From contig CBDDIJ010000005.1 of the NCBI GenBank assembly GCA_965228855.1, positions 1,216,001-1,280,000 of the forward strand: a stretch of DNA of 64,000 nucleotides. Reading direction: 5' to 3'. Below are positions 40,454 to 50,200 of this stretch, in pieces. Position numbers and translations under genes: made by a program. Under the pieces are notes generated by a model. It worked only from the letters and a program-made list of their open reading frames with translations, made no database searches and was not told where the DNA came from. Numbering within the stretch: position 1 is the stretch's first letter; every line of letters starts with the position of its first letter. This stretch comes from Candidatus Obscuribacterales bacterium. Its GTDB lineage: Bacteria; Cyanobacteriota; Vampirovibrionia; Obscuribacterales; Obscuribacteraceae.

Positions 40454-41182
40454 ATGGACGCCAAACTAATTATCGATGCGATGTTGCAGAATTACCGGCG
40501 GTGTACTTCATACGAAGATACCGGAGAGGTCCTTGAGTTGATTAAGTATGGTGACCGTGAGCAAGTAAACGTTGGTCATTTCTCAACGACATTCGTTCGA
40601 CCCGACCTGCTGAAATTTGAACTGCGAATGCGAGAGTTTGATAATCAGCGTCGTTTCGTATTACAATCAGACGGAGAGGCGATACGTTCACTGGAGGTCA
40701 TTAGCGGACCTTCTCGAGACGATACCACGTCAGTCAGAGCTTACGATAACTTCGAGGCTTCGCTACAAACTGTAGCTGGTCAAACCAAAGGAATCACCGC
40801 CCTGAACTTCTCGCTGATAGGAGCGCTTCCAAAGTCCCGCCAGTTCCACGAAGTGAACACGATTATCCGGAACGATGACGATACAGTCGACGGAATTCTC
40901 TGCTATAAGATTGAGTCTCAAATAGACCCACTTGCGGGAGTCGTGGCAACCGCTTGGATTTCTGCGAGCGACTTTTCCATACGAAAATATCAACTCGACA
41001 CAGTTTTCAGCGAGCAATTCCTGGTCGCTGCCAAACACTCAGCCCGACAATTAGCCAAGGCGGAGGGATATGAATATGACGGAAAGAACGAGTGCGTCGG
41101 GTTTGTTCACACTTTCAATTTCCTGGAGACGACATTTAACAACAGCACCAACATAGATAGGATCACCACTGAGTTTTCGTAG
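40454..41182 (+). CDS. LolA/DUF2092-like fold protein, paralogue 6
   Basis: 242 aa, same family motifs. Confidence 0.75.
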   Translation: MDAKLIIDAMLQNYRRCTSYEDTGEVLELIKYGDREQVNVGHFSTTFVRPDLLKFELRMREFDNQRRFVLQSDGEAIRSLEVISGPSRDDTTSVRAYDNFEASLQTVAGQTKGITALNFSLIGALPKSRQFHEVNTIIRNDDDTVDGILCYKIESQIDPLAGVVATAWISASDFSIRKYQLDTVFSEQFLVAAKHSARQLAKAEGYEYDGKNECVGFVHTFNFLETTFNNSTNIDRITTEFS

Positions 41183-41256
41183 CCCCAGAACAAAAACACG
41201 TGATCGCTTCGGAATGAAAGTACAACGTTAGCCAGACTCACCGCAAGATTAAGAAA

Positions 41257-41979
41257 ATGGACGCGAAACAAATCATTGACGCGATGCGAGAAAACTATCT
41301 TCGGTGCATATCCTACGAAGACCGTGGCTCGATCAGCCGTGTAGGTCGAACTCTCGCTGAAGACAAAATACTTAGCGGAAAATTTACCAACACCTTCATC
41401 CGTCCGAATTTACTCAAATTTGACCTGACTACGGATGAGGACGGGCTGAAACGGCACTTCATGCTTCAGGCTGATGGCGACTCGGTACGGGCGTTCGACG
41501 AACACAGCCCAGACGTAAGACCTGTACAAACGCTTGCGTTTGATTCTTTCAAAGGTGCGCTCCAGACCGTTGGCGGGATCACCGAAGGCGTCACAAACAC
41601 AGTGCTTTCACTTCTGGGTGAAATCAATCCTAAATACTCCCTCTTAAATGCGAGCACACTGCAACGAGCCGATGACGAGATTATCGAGGCAGTTCCCTGC
41701 TATAAAATTGAGTTTGTAATAGACCCATTCGTCGCAATCGAGGGAACTGCCTGGGTATCCATTGATTCATTCACGCTGCGGAGACTAGAAGAACGAACGG
41801 TTTACACGCAGGAGTTTGGTGCCTTCGCGATAGAACAAACAAAAATTTTCCTTGAGGCCGAGGGAATATCCCACAACGAAGAGGACCAACCTATCAGCCT
41901 TACCCGCATTTTCAGTTTCGCAGAGGTCACTTTTAATAACAGCATTAGTATCGACAAAATTACAGACCACAGATTCTGA
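41257..41979 (+). CDS. LolA/DUF2092-like fold protein, paralogue 7 (close copy of paralogue 1)
   Basis: 240 aa. About 30 substitutions versus paralogue 1 by manual alignment, no indels. Confidence 0.75.
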   Translation: MDAKQIIDAMRENYLRCISYEDRGSISRVGRTLAEDKILSGKFTNTFIRPNLLKFDLTTDEDGLKRHFMLQADGDSVRAFDEHSPDVRPVQTLAFDSFKGALQTVGGITEGVTNTVLSLLGEINPKYSLLNASTLQRADDEIIEAVPCYKIEFVIDPFVAIEGTAWVSIDSFTLRRLEERTVYTQEFGAFAIEQTKIFLEAEGISHNEEDQPISLTRIFSFAEVTFNNSISIDKITDHRF

Positions 41980-42239
41980 CACCCCCATGCATATCCATCA
42001 CTGCTGTTCGATTCTTAGTCGGCGATACAACAGCATAGCGCTAGAGCCAGGTCAGCCGGATTAGACCTCCAGGGCGGGATGCGATTGATACTACAGGCGG
42101 TGCCTACGGTTAACGTCTAGTAAAATCTCCAAAGAGCCTGATGGAAAAGTAATTAACAGCAACGAACCAATGCGTGGAGAATGACTGCGAATCGGGCAGA
42201 ATATTTTCAGGCAAACTCTACTTTCATTTGGAGAACAGA

Positions 42240-42932
42240 ATGCTACCGAAATCATTGCTCGGCGTGCTCGCAGGATTATTGTTAGTTGCCCCTGCATTCT
42301 CTCAACCCAGCCCGGAAGAGTCTCTTCAGCGACTGAAGGAAGGGAACAAGAGCTACTTGAACGGGATTCAGCGGTTTCCAAAGATCGATCCGATCCGACG
42401 GCTAAAGACCGCTGTTGAAGGCCAGAGGCCAATCGCAACAGTGCTTGGATGTTCCGACGCGAGGGTGCCGGTAGAGGTAGCTTTCGATAAAGCGTTCGGC
42501 GATCTCTTCATCGTCCGCGTGGCAGGGAACGTCTGCCAGATGGCGGAGTTGGCATCAGTGGAGTACGGCGTTAATTATTTGAAGACGCCGCTAGTAGTGG
42601 TGCTCGGGCACACCAAGTGAGGTGCCGTGCATGCGGCAGCGCAAGGCACTGAGTTAAGCGGCAGCTTGCCGAAGCTCATGGCGGAGATTCGTCCGGCGAT
42701 AGACGCTACGCGGCGCAAACATCCTGAGCTCAAAGGCGAAGCGCTGGCCGAGGCTGCTGTTGACGAAAACGTCTGGAAATCGATTGAAGATCTTCTGGGC
42801 GGTAGCGAACCCATCAGAAAAGCCGTCCATGAAAAACGTGTCCTTATTGTCGGTGGTGTCCGTGATATAAAGACGGGCAAGATTACTTGGTTGGGCGAAC
42901 ATCCTGAGCAAGCGCGCCTGGTTGCGCAATAA
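42240..42932 (+). CDS. Secreted beta-class carbonic anhydrase with in-frame TGA at the HxxC Zn ligand (possible selenoprotein or pseudogene)
   Basis: GGAGA RBS, signal peptide (..APAFS/Q), LKEGN, GQRP, GCSDARV, GDLFIVRVAGN, VLGHTK-TGA(42618-42620)-GAVHAA. The same frame continues to TAA 42930-42932. Confidence 0.85.
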
Positions 42933-43225
42933 ATCAATGGAATTGGGGAGGCTGATGCGGCGTTTCGGCTTATGGCAGGATAGCGCCAATGGGTCAGGGT
43001 TCAGACTGCCGCGGGCAAATCGCGTACCTCTTTTAAAATTCGCGCCTTTTGACCTGAGTACTCGAGCATTGCCACATCATGAGGAATTCAACAGCAGCAG
43101 ACTAAACAACTTTGTAATATCTCCGCAGTATTCTGATTTCATCGAACCGATTCCTGAATGAATCGACTGCTAACAAGCGCTCTAGCGTCTTCCCAGCAAG
43201 TTTTTATTCTCTGAAGGTATTTACT

Positions 43226-43513
43226 ATGATGAAATCACTCCCGGCCGTTTTCCTCTCTATCGTCCTCATGCAGTCAGCAGCACAGGCATGCGAAGGTGCG
43301 CACACCGAATGCCTCAACGTTCAAAAGTATTCGACCGTCGAAGCCTGCAATGAAGCGATAGCGAGAGACAAAACCGATGTTCACGCGTGGCTTGATCGCG
43401 GGGTTCATTACTCCAGGAAGGGACTCGAACTTGCAGCAGCAGCGGACTTTGACGAAGCCGGTAGGTTGATGGAGAGCGCAGAACCAAAAGTGAAGGTTGC
43501 ATCTAACAATTAA
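43226..43513 (+). CDS. Small secreted protein with TPR-like helix pair
   Basis: Signal peptide (..SAAQA/C); ACNEAI..AWLDRG..AAADFDEA. Confidence 0.65.
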   Translation: MMKSLPAVFLSIVLMQSAAQACEGAHTECLNVQKYSTVEACNEAIARDKTDVHAWLDRGVHYSRKGLELAAAADFDEAGRLMESAEPKVKVASNN

Positions 43514-43525
43514 GCGAGGATCGAA

Positions 43526-44314
43526 CTACCCTTCCTCATCCAAGAGGTCCAGAAGTGGTGTCCGCGACAATAGCTGCTTGATCTGTTTTTCGTGATCGTT
43601 CAAAAAATTCCTGGTCACCTGATAGTGTTCGGTTTCGGTGTAATCAACCTCTCGAATTCCAGAATCATCGAATAGATAGATTCTCGCATTGGGATAAGCC
43701 ATCAGGATTGGGGAGTGGGTCGCAATGATGAATTGTGATTCGTTCAAGATCAACTGATTGATTCGAGCCAACGCTTCAAGTTGACGTGTTGGAGATAATG
43801 CCGCCTCTGGTTCATCCAGAAGGTAGAGACCATTGCCTTGAATAGACTCATTTAGGATGGTCAAAAACGATTCACCGTGAGACCGATGATGAAGTGACTT
43901 TCCGCCGTAACGACCGTAGACTATTCCCGCTGGAGCGATTCCCTCTTTCACCATATCCTCGAAATAGGTGCCGACATTGAAAAAGGTTTCGGCTCGCAAG
44001 AAAAATTTGTCGCGCGGCCGTTGAAAACTTCGACGCGGGCGCATGAAGTTGTGAAGCTTAGAAAGACCGCTATCGTCAGAGATTTCGAAGTTGCCGGTTC
44101 CGCCCTGTGCACCGAAGTCCATTACTGTAGCTATCGCCTCAAGCAGCGTCGATTTGCCCGATCCGTTCTCGCCAATAAAAAAGGTCAGATCCCTGTCAAA
44201 CTCGATTTCGTCGATGTGCCGAAGAGCAGGTATGCAAAAAGGATAGGAGAAACCAGCATCACCTTCCGGTCGGCGAATCGTAACAGCCTTGAGATACGGA
44301 CGAGGATGCAGCAT
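43526..44314 (-). CDS. Stand-alone ABC/AAA-type ATPase (COG3910-like)
   Basis: GENGSGKST Walker A, SHGESF signature, LLDEPE Walker B, ATHSP. Confidence 0.88.
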   Translation of the reverse strand: MLHPRPYLKAVTIRRPEGDAGFSYPFCIPALRHIDEIEFDRDLTFFIGENGSGKSTLLEAIATVMDFGAQGGTGNFEISDDSGLSKLHNFMRPRRSFQRPRDKFFLRAETFFNVGTYFEDMVKEGIAPAGIVYGRYGGKSLHHRSHGESFLTILNESIQGNGLYLLDEPEAALSPTRQLEALARINQLILNESQFIIATHSPILMAYPNARIYLFDDSGIREVDYTETEHYQVTRNFLNDHEKQIKQLLSRTPLLDLLDEEG

Positions 44315-44320
44315 TGAGGA

Positions 44321-46276
44321 CTAGCCCGCGACACTGTGTGAATCAGGTTCGTTCTTTTCGATGATGTTGAAGTTAACGCGCAACTCGGTGATACCGCTGG
44401 AGGTGCTCTGGCAATCGATGCTAGCGCTGTGCGCCTCAATTATTTTGCGACACAGATACAATCCAAGTCCCGACCCATGTCGAATCGGAACCCCATCCAC
44501 AACACTGCGGAAGAGCGAGCGCATTTTCTCTGCCGCGATCGGACTTCCCGAGTTCTTAATCCGAAGTGATACAAATGTCGGACCAATAGCGTAAAGTCGC
44601 ACCTCGATTTTCGTGCCGGGTGAGCAATACTTGATCGCGTTGTGCAACAAATTCATCAGCAACCTGCGAATTGAATTGATATCGCCAGGAACTTCCGGGA
44701 TGTTTTCAGCGATATTCTCTTCAATCTCTACGTCAATTGTGCTTGCAACGTGCCGCACTTCCTGAATTTGCTCGCGCACAAGCTCCGGAAGATTGAGCTT
44801 TCTGAACTGCAGATTCATAGAAGACGTTTCATACTTATAAACGTCTATCAAGTTGCTCAGCATAAGCAACAGGGACTGATTGCTTTTATTAAGGGCGATG
44901 ATGAGCTGCTTCGCGCGCGGTGGCTCGACCTCTCCATGCTTGCCGCTCAAAATAGAGTCGATGACGCGCTGTCCACCGACGAGCGGATTGCGAATGTCAT
45001 GCGCAAGTGCGGCGACAAACCGCTCGCGTTGCAGTTCCAGCTCGACACGCCCGGAAACATCCGATGCAATCAACATCGCCTCTTGTCCGGAAATAATCGA
45101 CTTCCTGATTGACCAAACGTGAAAATCCCAGTAAGTCGTCGCGGTATGTGTTTGACCGATTGTTTTCATGCGGAAACTATCGCGACTGTACGGAAGGCGT
45201 TCTTCGAGAACCGATATCATCGGCAGCACTTCGAGATCCGGCAAGATGTCGAAAATGTGCTTGCCGACCAGAGAATGGCGAAGTGACTTGCACGCGCTAG
45301 CGAAACTCTCGTTGCAATCCTTTATCGAGAATGCTTCATCGATTCGCACCATCATTAGTGGCGCTCTTTCGATAACATCTCGGAGCATTTCCTTATCGGC
45401 GTCGTTTGCTCTATTTATAAGTATCTCCAAACGTCGACGCTCGACCATATTCACCAGCATCTCGTTCAAGATCGCCAGGTAGTTTCCGGAATCGCGAACG
45501 ACAAAAAGTTTCGCGCCGGCAAGAACAGCAGCTTTTCCAAGATGCTCATTACCAGGATCCACAATGGCTATAACGGGAGTGCTTTTATGCTCCTCCGAAC
45601 TGGTGAGCAATTCCACCATCTTGTCAGAGTCGGATTCTTCAACAGCCAGAATCACTGCGCTGTAGTTGTCGCCCTTAAACTTTCGCTTGCCCACGCTCCA
45701 ACTTGTGGCAAAATCGAAAGTAATCAAACCACCATGATTCAAACCTTTAAGCATGCGCTTGCGTTCTGCGGCGGAACCTTCGATTACAAGTACTTGCCGA
45801 AACTCAGAATCGAGAACTCGAATTTTTGGCTGCCTGTAAGGGGTCGCGCCACTGCTACTGCTCGCTGGCTCATCATCTTCGATATCAGTTTCACCAGAAG
45901 CGGCTTCCAAAGTTTCCTGAACTTTTTGATGGTCGATCGGCGCCTCTACCACATAATCGATATCCAATTTCTCAAACCGCTGCGCGTCAGGTTCGCTGAG
46001 CGGCGAAGTAAAAACCGCGACCTGCATTCCCTGAATTTTCAAGTCGGTAGTGACACGCTGAATCAGGTAAAGTCCATTGGTCTCAGGCGAATCGAGATCG
46101 ATTATTGTGAGAGCCGGAATCAAATCAAGCTGCGAGTTGAGAGACTTATTTAGATACTCGATACCATCATTCGCGTTGCGTGCGATAAAAAGCCGGTCTC
46201 CAGGAGAGTATTTCTTCAGAGTATGCTTGACAGTCGAAATCAGCGACGTGTTTGGGGTAATGAGTAGGATGTTCAC
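44321..46276 (-). CDS. Hybrid sensor histidine kinase (two atypical receiver domains, PAS, HisKA, HATPase)
   Basis: AHDIRNPL H-box, NLLHNAIKY N-box, GSGLGL. PAS segment N..FA..LVGK. Overlaps the upstream regulator by 4 nt. Confidence 0.88.
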   Translation of the reverse strand: MNILLITPNTSLISTVKHTLKKYSPGDRLFIARNANDGIEYLNKSLNSQLDLIPALTIIDLDSPETNGLYLIQRVTTDLKIQGMQVAVFTSPLSEPDAQRFEKLDIDYVVEAPIDHQKVQETLEAASGETDIEDDEPASSSSGATPYRQPKIRVLDSEFRQVLVIEGSAAERKRMLKGLNHGGLITFDFATSWSVGKRKFKGDNYSAVILAVEESDSDKMVELLTSSEEHKSTPVIAIVDPGNEHLGKAAVLAGAKLFVVRDSGNYLAILNEMLVNMVERRRLEILINRANDADKEMLRDVIERAPLMMVRIDEAFSIKDCNESFASACKSLRHSLVGKHIFDILPDLEVLPMISVLEERLPYSRDSFRMKTIGQTHTATTYWDFHVWSIRKSIISGQEAMLIASDVSGRVELELQRERFVAALAHDIRNPLVGGQRVIDSILSGKHGEVEPPRAKQLIIALNKSNQSLLLMLSNLIDVYKYETSSMNLQFRKLNLPELVREQIQEVRHVASTIDVEIEENIAENIPEVPGDINSIRRLLMNLLHNAIKYCSPGTKIEVRLYAIGPTFVSLRIKNSGSPIAAEKMRSLFRSVVDGVPIRHGSGLGLYLCRKIIEAHSASIDCQSTSSGITELRVNFNIIEKNEPDSHSVAG

Positions 46277-46995
46277 CGTTGCACGAGCCCCTCACGCAAA
46301 GCCTTCACCGCGGCTTGCGTGCGGTCGCAGGCGGAAAGTTTTCGGAGGATGTGGCTGACGTGGGTTTTGACAGTGTCTTTAGTTACGAAGATTCTTTCAG
46401 CTATCTCCGCGTTCGAAAGACCTTTGACTATCAAGTCGAGAATCTCGAGTTCACGAGCACTCAAGTTGATATCTGAGATCGGCGCATCTTCGGACTTTTT
46501 AGGCGGCCGACGGCCCTTTGGTTTAAACTTGAATCCGGTGCTGGAGATGATATCGGATATGGTGGCAGCCACTTCCTGATCCAACCACAGATCTCCAAGT
46601 CGAACACATGAAACCCCAGCATGAAGACGCTCAGCAGAGATCTCTTTCAAACAGTATCCCTGCGCGCCGGATGCCAGACAAGCAAACACCGTGTCAGGTG
46701 CACGGTCGGCTGTTAGCATCACTACGCGTACGTTCTCATGTTCGCGCTTAATCACGTGGGTTGCTTCTATGCCATCCATTACAGGCATTGCGACGTCCAT
46801 GAAAACAATGTCGGGTTTGTGCTGCGCGGTCTCCGCCACAGCCTGTTTTCCGTTTGCGGCTTCGCCGACGACTTCATAGTCGCCCCATTCCTCAATGATC
46901 AGCCGCAAGCCGACACGAACTATCTCATGATCGTCAGCAATTAATATGCGACCTGGTTCGCTACTATCGCTCATAGGATCAGTGACTTCTACCAT
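46273..46995 (-). CDS. NarL/FixJ-family response regulator (REC + LuxR HTH)
   Basis: ILIADDHEIVRVGL, FMDVAMP, LSARELEIL..GLSNAEIA..TVKTHVS. Start probably ATG 46995 or 46974. Confidence 0.93.
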   Translation of the reverse strand: MVEVTDPMSDSSEPGRILIADDHEIVRVGLRLIIEEWGDYEVVGEAANGKQAVAETAQHKPDIVFMDVAMPVMDGIEATHVIKREHENVRVVMLTADRAPDTVFACLASGAQGYCLKEISAERLHAGVSCVRLGDLWLDQEVAATISDIISSTGFKFKPKGRRPPKKSEDAPISDINLSARELEILDLIVKGLSNAEIAERIFVTKDTVKTHVSHILRKLSACDRTQAAVKALREGLVQR

Positions 46996-47287
46996 ACCAA
47001 ATGCTTGACTCTCCTTCGAAGTTACCACACGAATATTCGCACGTCTTCGACCCAGGCAGATAATTTCTGCCAATCTAATGCAAATCCCGCAAATTTAATC
47101 TAGCCGGGCATTTGGAGTCCGGTCACGAACAGAAGAAACGTTCTGGAGTTATTGCCTGAAAGCTCGTCTCTTTCCATTTTGACCGGGCTGCGAGTTGCCC
47201 GCAATCCCACCAGAGGGTTATCACCCGAAGGTGCGATTTTTCACCGGGGTGATCGTCAGGGTGAATTTCACGAATTCGCAAATAGTC

Positions 47288-50200
47288 TCACTTGACATCA
47301 CTCGGCTTTACTGCGCGATATTCGGTCCGCAAAGCGGTCATATAACCGGATCCGTGGACACGAACCTCGTAAAACTTGCCGTCCCCGTCGCGGTAAATTG
47401 TCCGATTCGTGCCGCTATCCTTTCCTACTTCTTGCAGTTTCAACTTATCGAACAGCTTAGCATTGTAAAACTGCTCTTTCGGCTGAGTGGGTTTACCGGA
47501 CCGGACTATGGCCTCTCCCGTTCCAGCATCCGCGGCGATGAAGATGGCGTCCTTTCCATCAACTTTGATTTTCTGTCCGTGTTTGAGTGATGAGATGTCA
47601 CGGATCGTTTGAGACGAAGCTTCCTTCTCTGTTGCCGTTCGTTGCAGCTCGGTCGCGGAACGCTCTGTCTCCGTGCCCGGTCGTTCCAGCTCGGTTGCTG
47701 GGCGCTCAGAGGCTGCCGAAAGGCGCTCGGCTGGTTGCGCCTGCTCCGGCGTGACAACCGTTTCAGACACCACTGATGGTCCCTTCTGGCTCTGAGGAAT
47801 TATGTCAGCTGGAGCAACTTGTTCAACTTCCGGTGGCTTCGCGGATGTCGTTTCCACCGGTTTCACTACTTTAGGTTGAGCCGCAACCACCGTTTCCGGA
47901 GGTCTCGGGGGCTCGGCAAGGACTTTGGCTGTTCTGGAACCGGTTTGATGGGCGACGGTCTTGTCGCCCTCAGGCTTTGGGACGTCGCGGTTCTCCCCTC
48001 TCGAATCACGACCGCCGTCGCGTCCGCCGCGACCGCCATCTCGTCCACCGTCCTTTCCACCATCTTTGCCGCCAAAATTGCGTCCGCCACCGTCGCCAAA
48101 GTCTCGCGGCGGTCTGGGGTCACGAATCTTACCAGCAATCATGTCGTTTACGATTTGTTGGGTTCTCTCGAAGTGTGGATTGCCCTGCGGAACCAGATTC
48201 TCAGCGACAGCCATTGCGAGCTGTTGATGCGCTTTCGTCAACTGACTGCCGTTGTCGGTGCGATGATTTTTGTTGCCGAAGAAAATGGCGTCGAGCAAAA
48301 TTTTGACGTCGCCAATGTTTTTTGTCGTTGGCAATACGTTTTGAAGCAACTCTTTGTACTCGGGCGCGGCCCGCTCAGGATCGAGCTTTTGCAAGATGTT
48401 GCGAAGCACGGTTTGATCTTGAGCGCCAAGGCGCAGCAGATTGTCGCGAATAATAGGGTCTTGAACCTGCATCAACTCTTCCAGTTTCGTCAGGCGGAAA
48501 CCGGCATCATTGGTTGGTGGTTTGAACTCTCTCTCAGGTTTACCGTCAGAACGTGGTCTTTTAGGTGGCTGTGTTTGTCGCGCCGCTTCCATTGCTTCGG
48601 CTAGCTCAACCGGCAATTTGCTGGAGTAGGTTGGCGCATCACCAGCAAACTTTGCATCGGTGACATATTGTCCCTTGAGACCTTCGACGTACCAGCGCGG
48701 GAGCGCTGCGTCAAGAACTTGGTGAGGTTGCGCTTCAGGACCTGCGCTGCCCTTTGCTTGTTCAAGTCGAGCGTCGACATAGAACCTTGCCCACTCGCTA
48801 AACTCTGGAGTCTCTCCAGTTTTCGGAGCGCTCAAAAATTGTCGAATTGCCTCGAGCGAGGGCGGAGGAGTAGCACCTTCAGGAGTCGTCTCGCCGAACC
48901 GATACTGCCTGTAAGCTTCGGCAACTTGTGGTGAAAGCAAGGCGTCACGGCCACCTACCCACAATGAACGCAAATTTGTGGCACTATTACTGGTGGCACC
49001 TTCCGGCTTCGCGTAAGCGTAGTCCAGCCATTTAGCAAATTGTTCGGTAGTCATATCGCCGAATTTTTCGGACAACAACATTGCTTCGATTTTCTTGCGC
49101 GAAGCGGGCGATTTTTCGAACGCTTCCATCCGCTGTTCCATCACCTTGGCGGGATTCTCAGCGCTGGCTAAACGGGCAGCCTCGGGAGTTTCCAGCTGAA
49201 GTCTGGTTCTTTCGGACTCGGGAGTGCGACCGGCAACTCCTTCGGTTTCAACAAACGGTTTAACACCACTTGCGATACCATTAACGTCGAGGTTGCCGAG
49301 TCTGGCCAGACCGTTGTTGAACTGGTCCACAACCGCTCCCTCACGAGCCTGCTCGGGAGTCAGGTCCAATCTGATTCGTGGTTGAACGGCACCGCCTTCG
49401 TTCACGACGGAGGAAGATTCTGCGGCTTTCGGTCCGACGTTCGCTGCAATCTTTCCATCGGCGACGTCTACAAACCGGCTCAGATTGCTTGTTCCGAAAT
49501 AGTAGTCCAGGGGTCCTGCTACCTTGCTGTATCGATTCTGTTCACCATATTGACGAGCCCAATCGTGTAAGTCTTTATTTTCGTTGAGCCATCTGAAGAC
49601 ATCGTGACGGAAATTGATGTAACCATCAACGTCTTGAGGCATCTCGCGTACGGTTTGCATAAATTGCGCCCAACGCTGATACTGATCCACGGTAGCGCCG
49701 GGTGTTTTCAATTTGATGTCGCCTTCGATGACGCGATGCTCGACGCCTTCCGGCGGCAAGTACGCCTCGCGGATCAAGGTCATCATACGAGGATCGTCTG
49801 CGTAACTCTTCGCGACTTGCGACATCGATTCTTTGAGCGCCTGCCCTTCGGGGCTGCGAGCGAACTCAAAAAACTGTTTCACTTGTGCAGGCGTGCAATT
49901 TGCATCCGAAGCTTCAAACGCCAGGTTCACACCTTTTTCAAGAGCCAGCTCCAGTCCTTTCGGAACAGAGATCTCGGTTTCTACAGGAGCGGCAACTTTC
50001 TCTGGCGCATCGACAGGCTTGCCGGCGCTGTCCGTTTCAGTCGGCTTCGCAACGGCTTCTGTTTCAACAGGTTTAGCAGCACCTTCGGTTTCTTTAGCGA
50101 CTCCGGCCGTTTCCTTCGGAGGCACGACGACTTCCGCCTCTGCTTTGACCTCTGCGGGCGGCTTTTCGCCTGGTGCCACTCTCTCGGGTGGAATCTCCGG

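Noticed and set aside
42618..42620. Genome-wide UGA reassignment (code 4/25) as explanation of the CA stop
   Set aside because: Many well-defined genes here end at TGA (e.g. 16077, 52230, mini-YD 29660) and other conserved genes show no internal TGA.
43526..44314. Solo ATPase as part of an anti-phage system (Septu/Gabija/PARIS-like)
   Set aside because: Short COG3910-type ATPase with no adjacent nuclease or TOPRIM partner.
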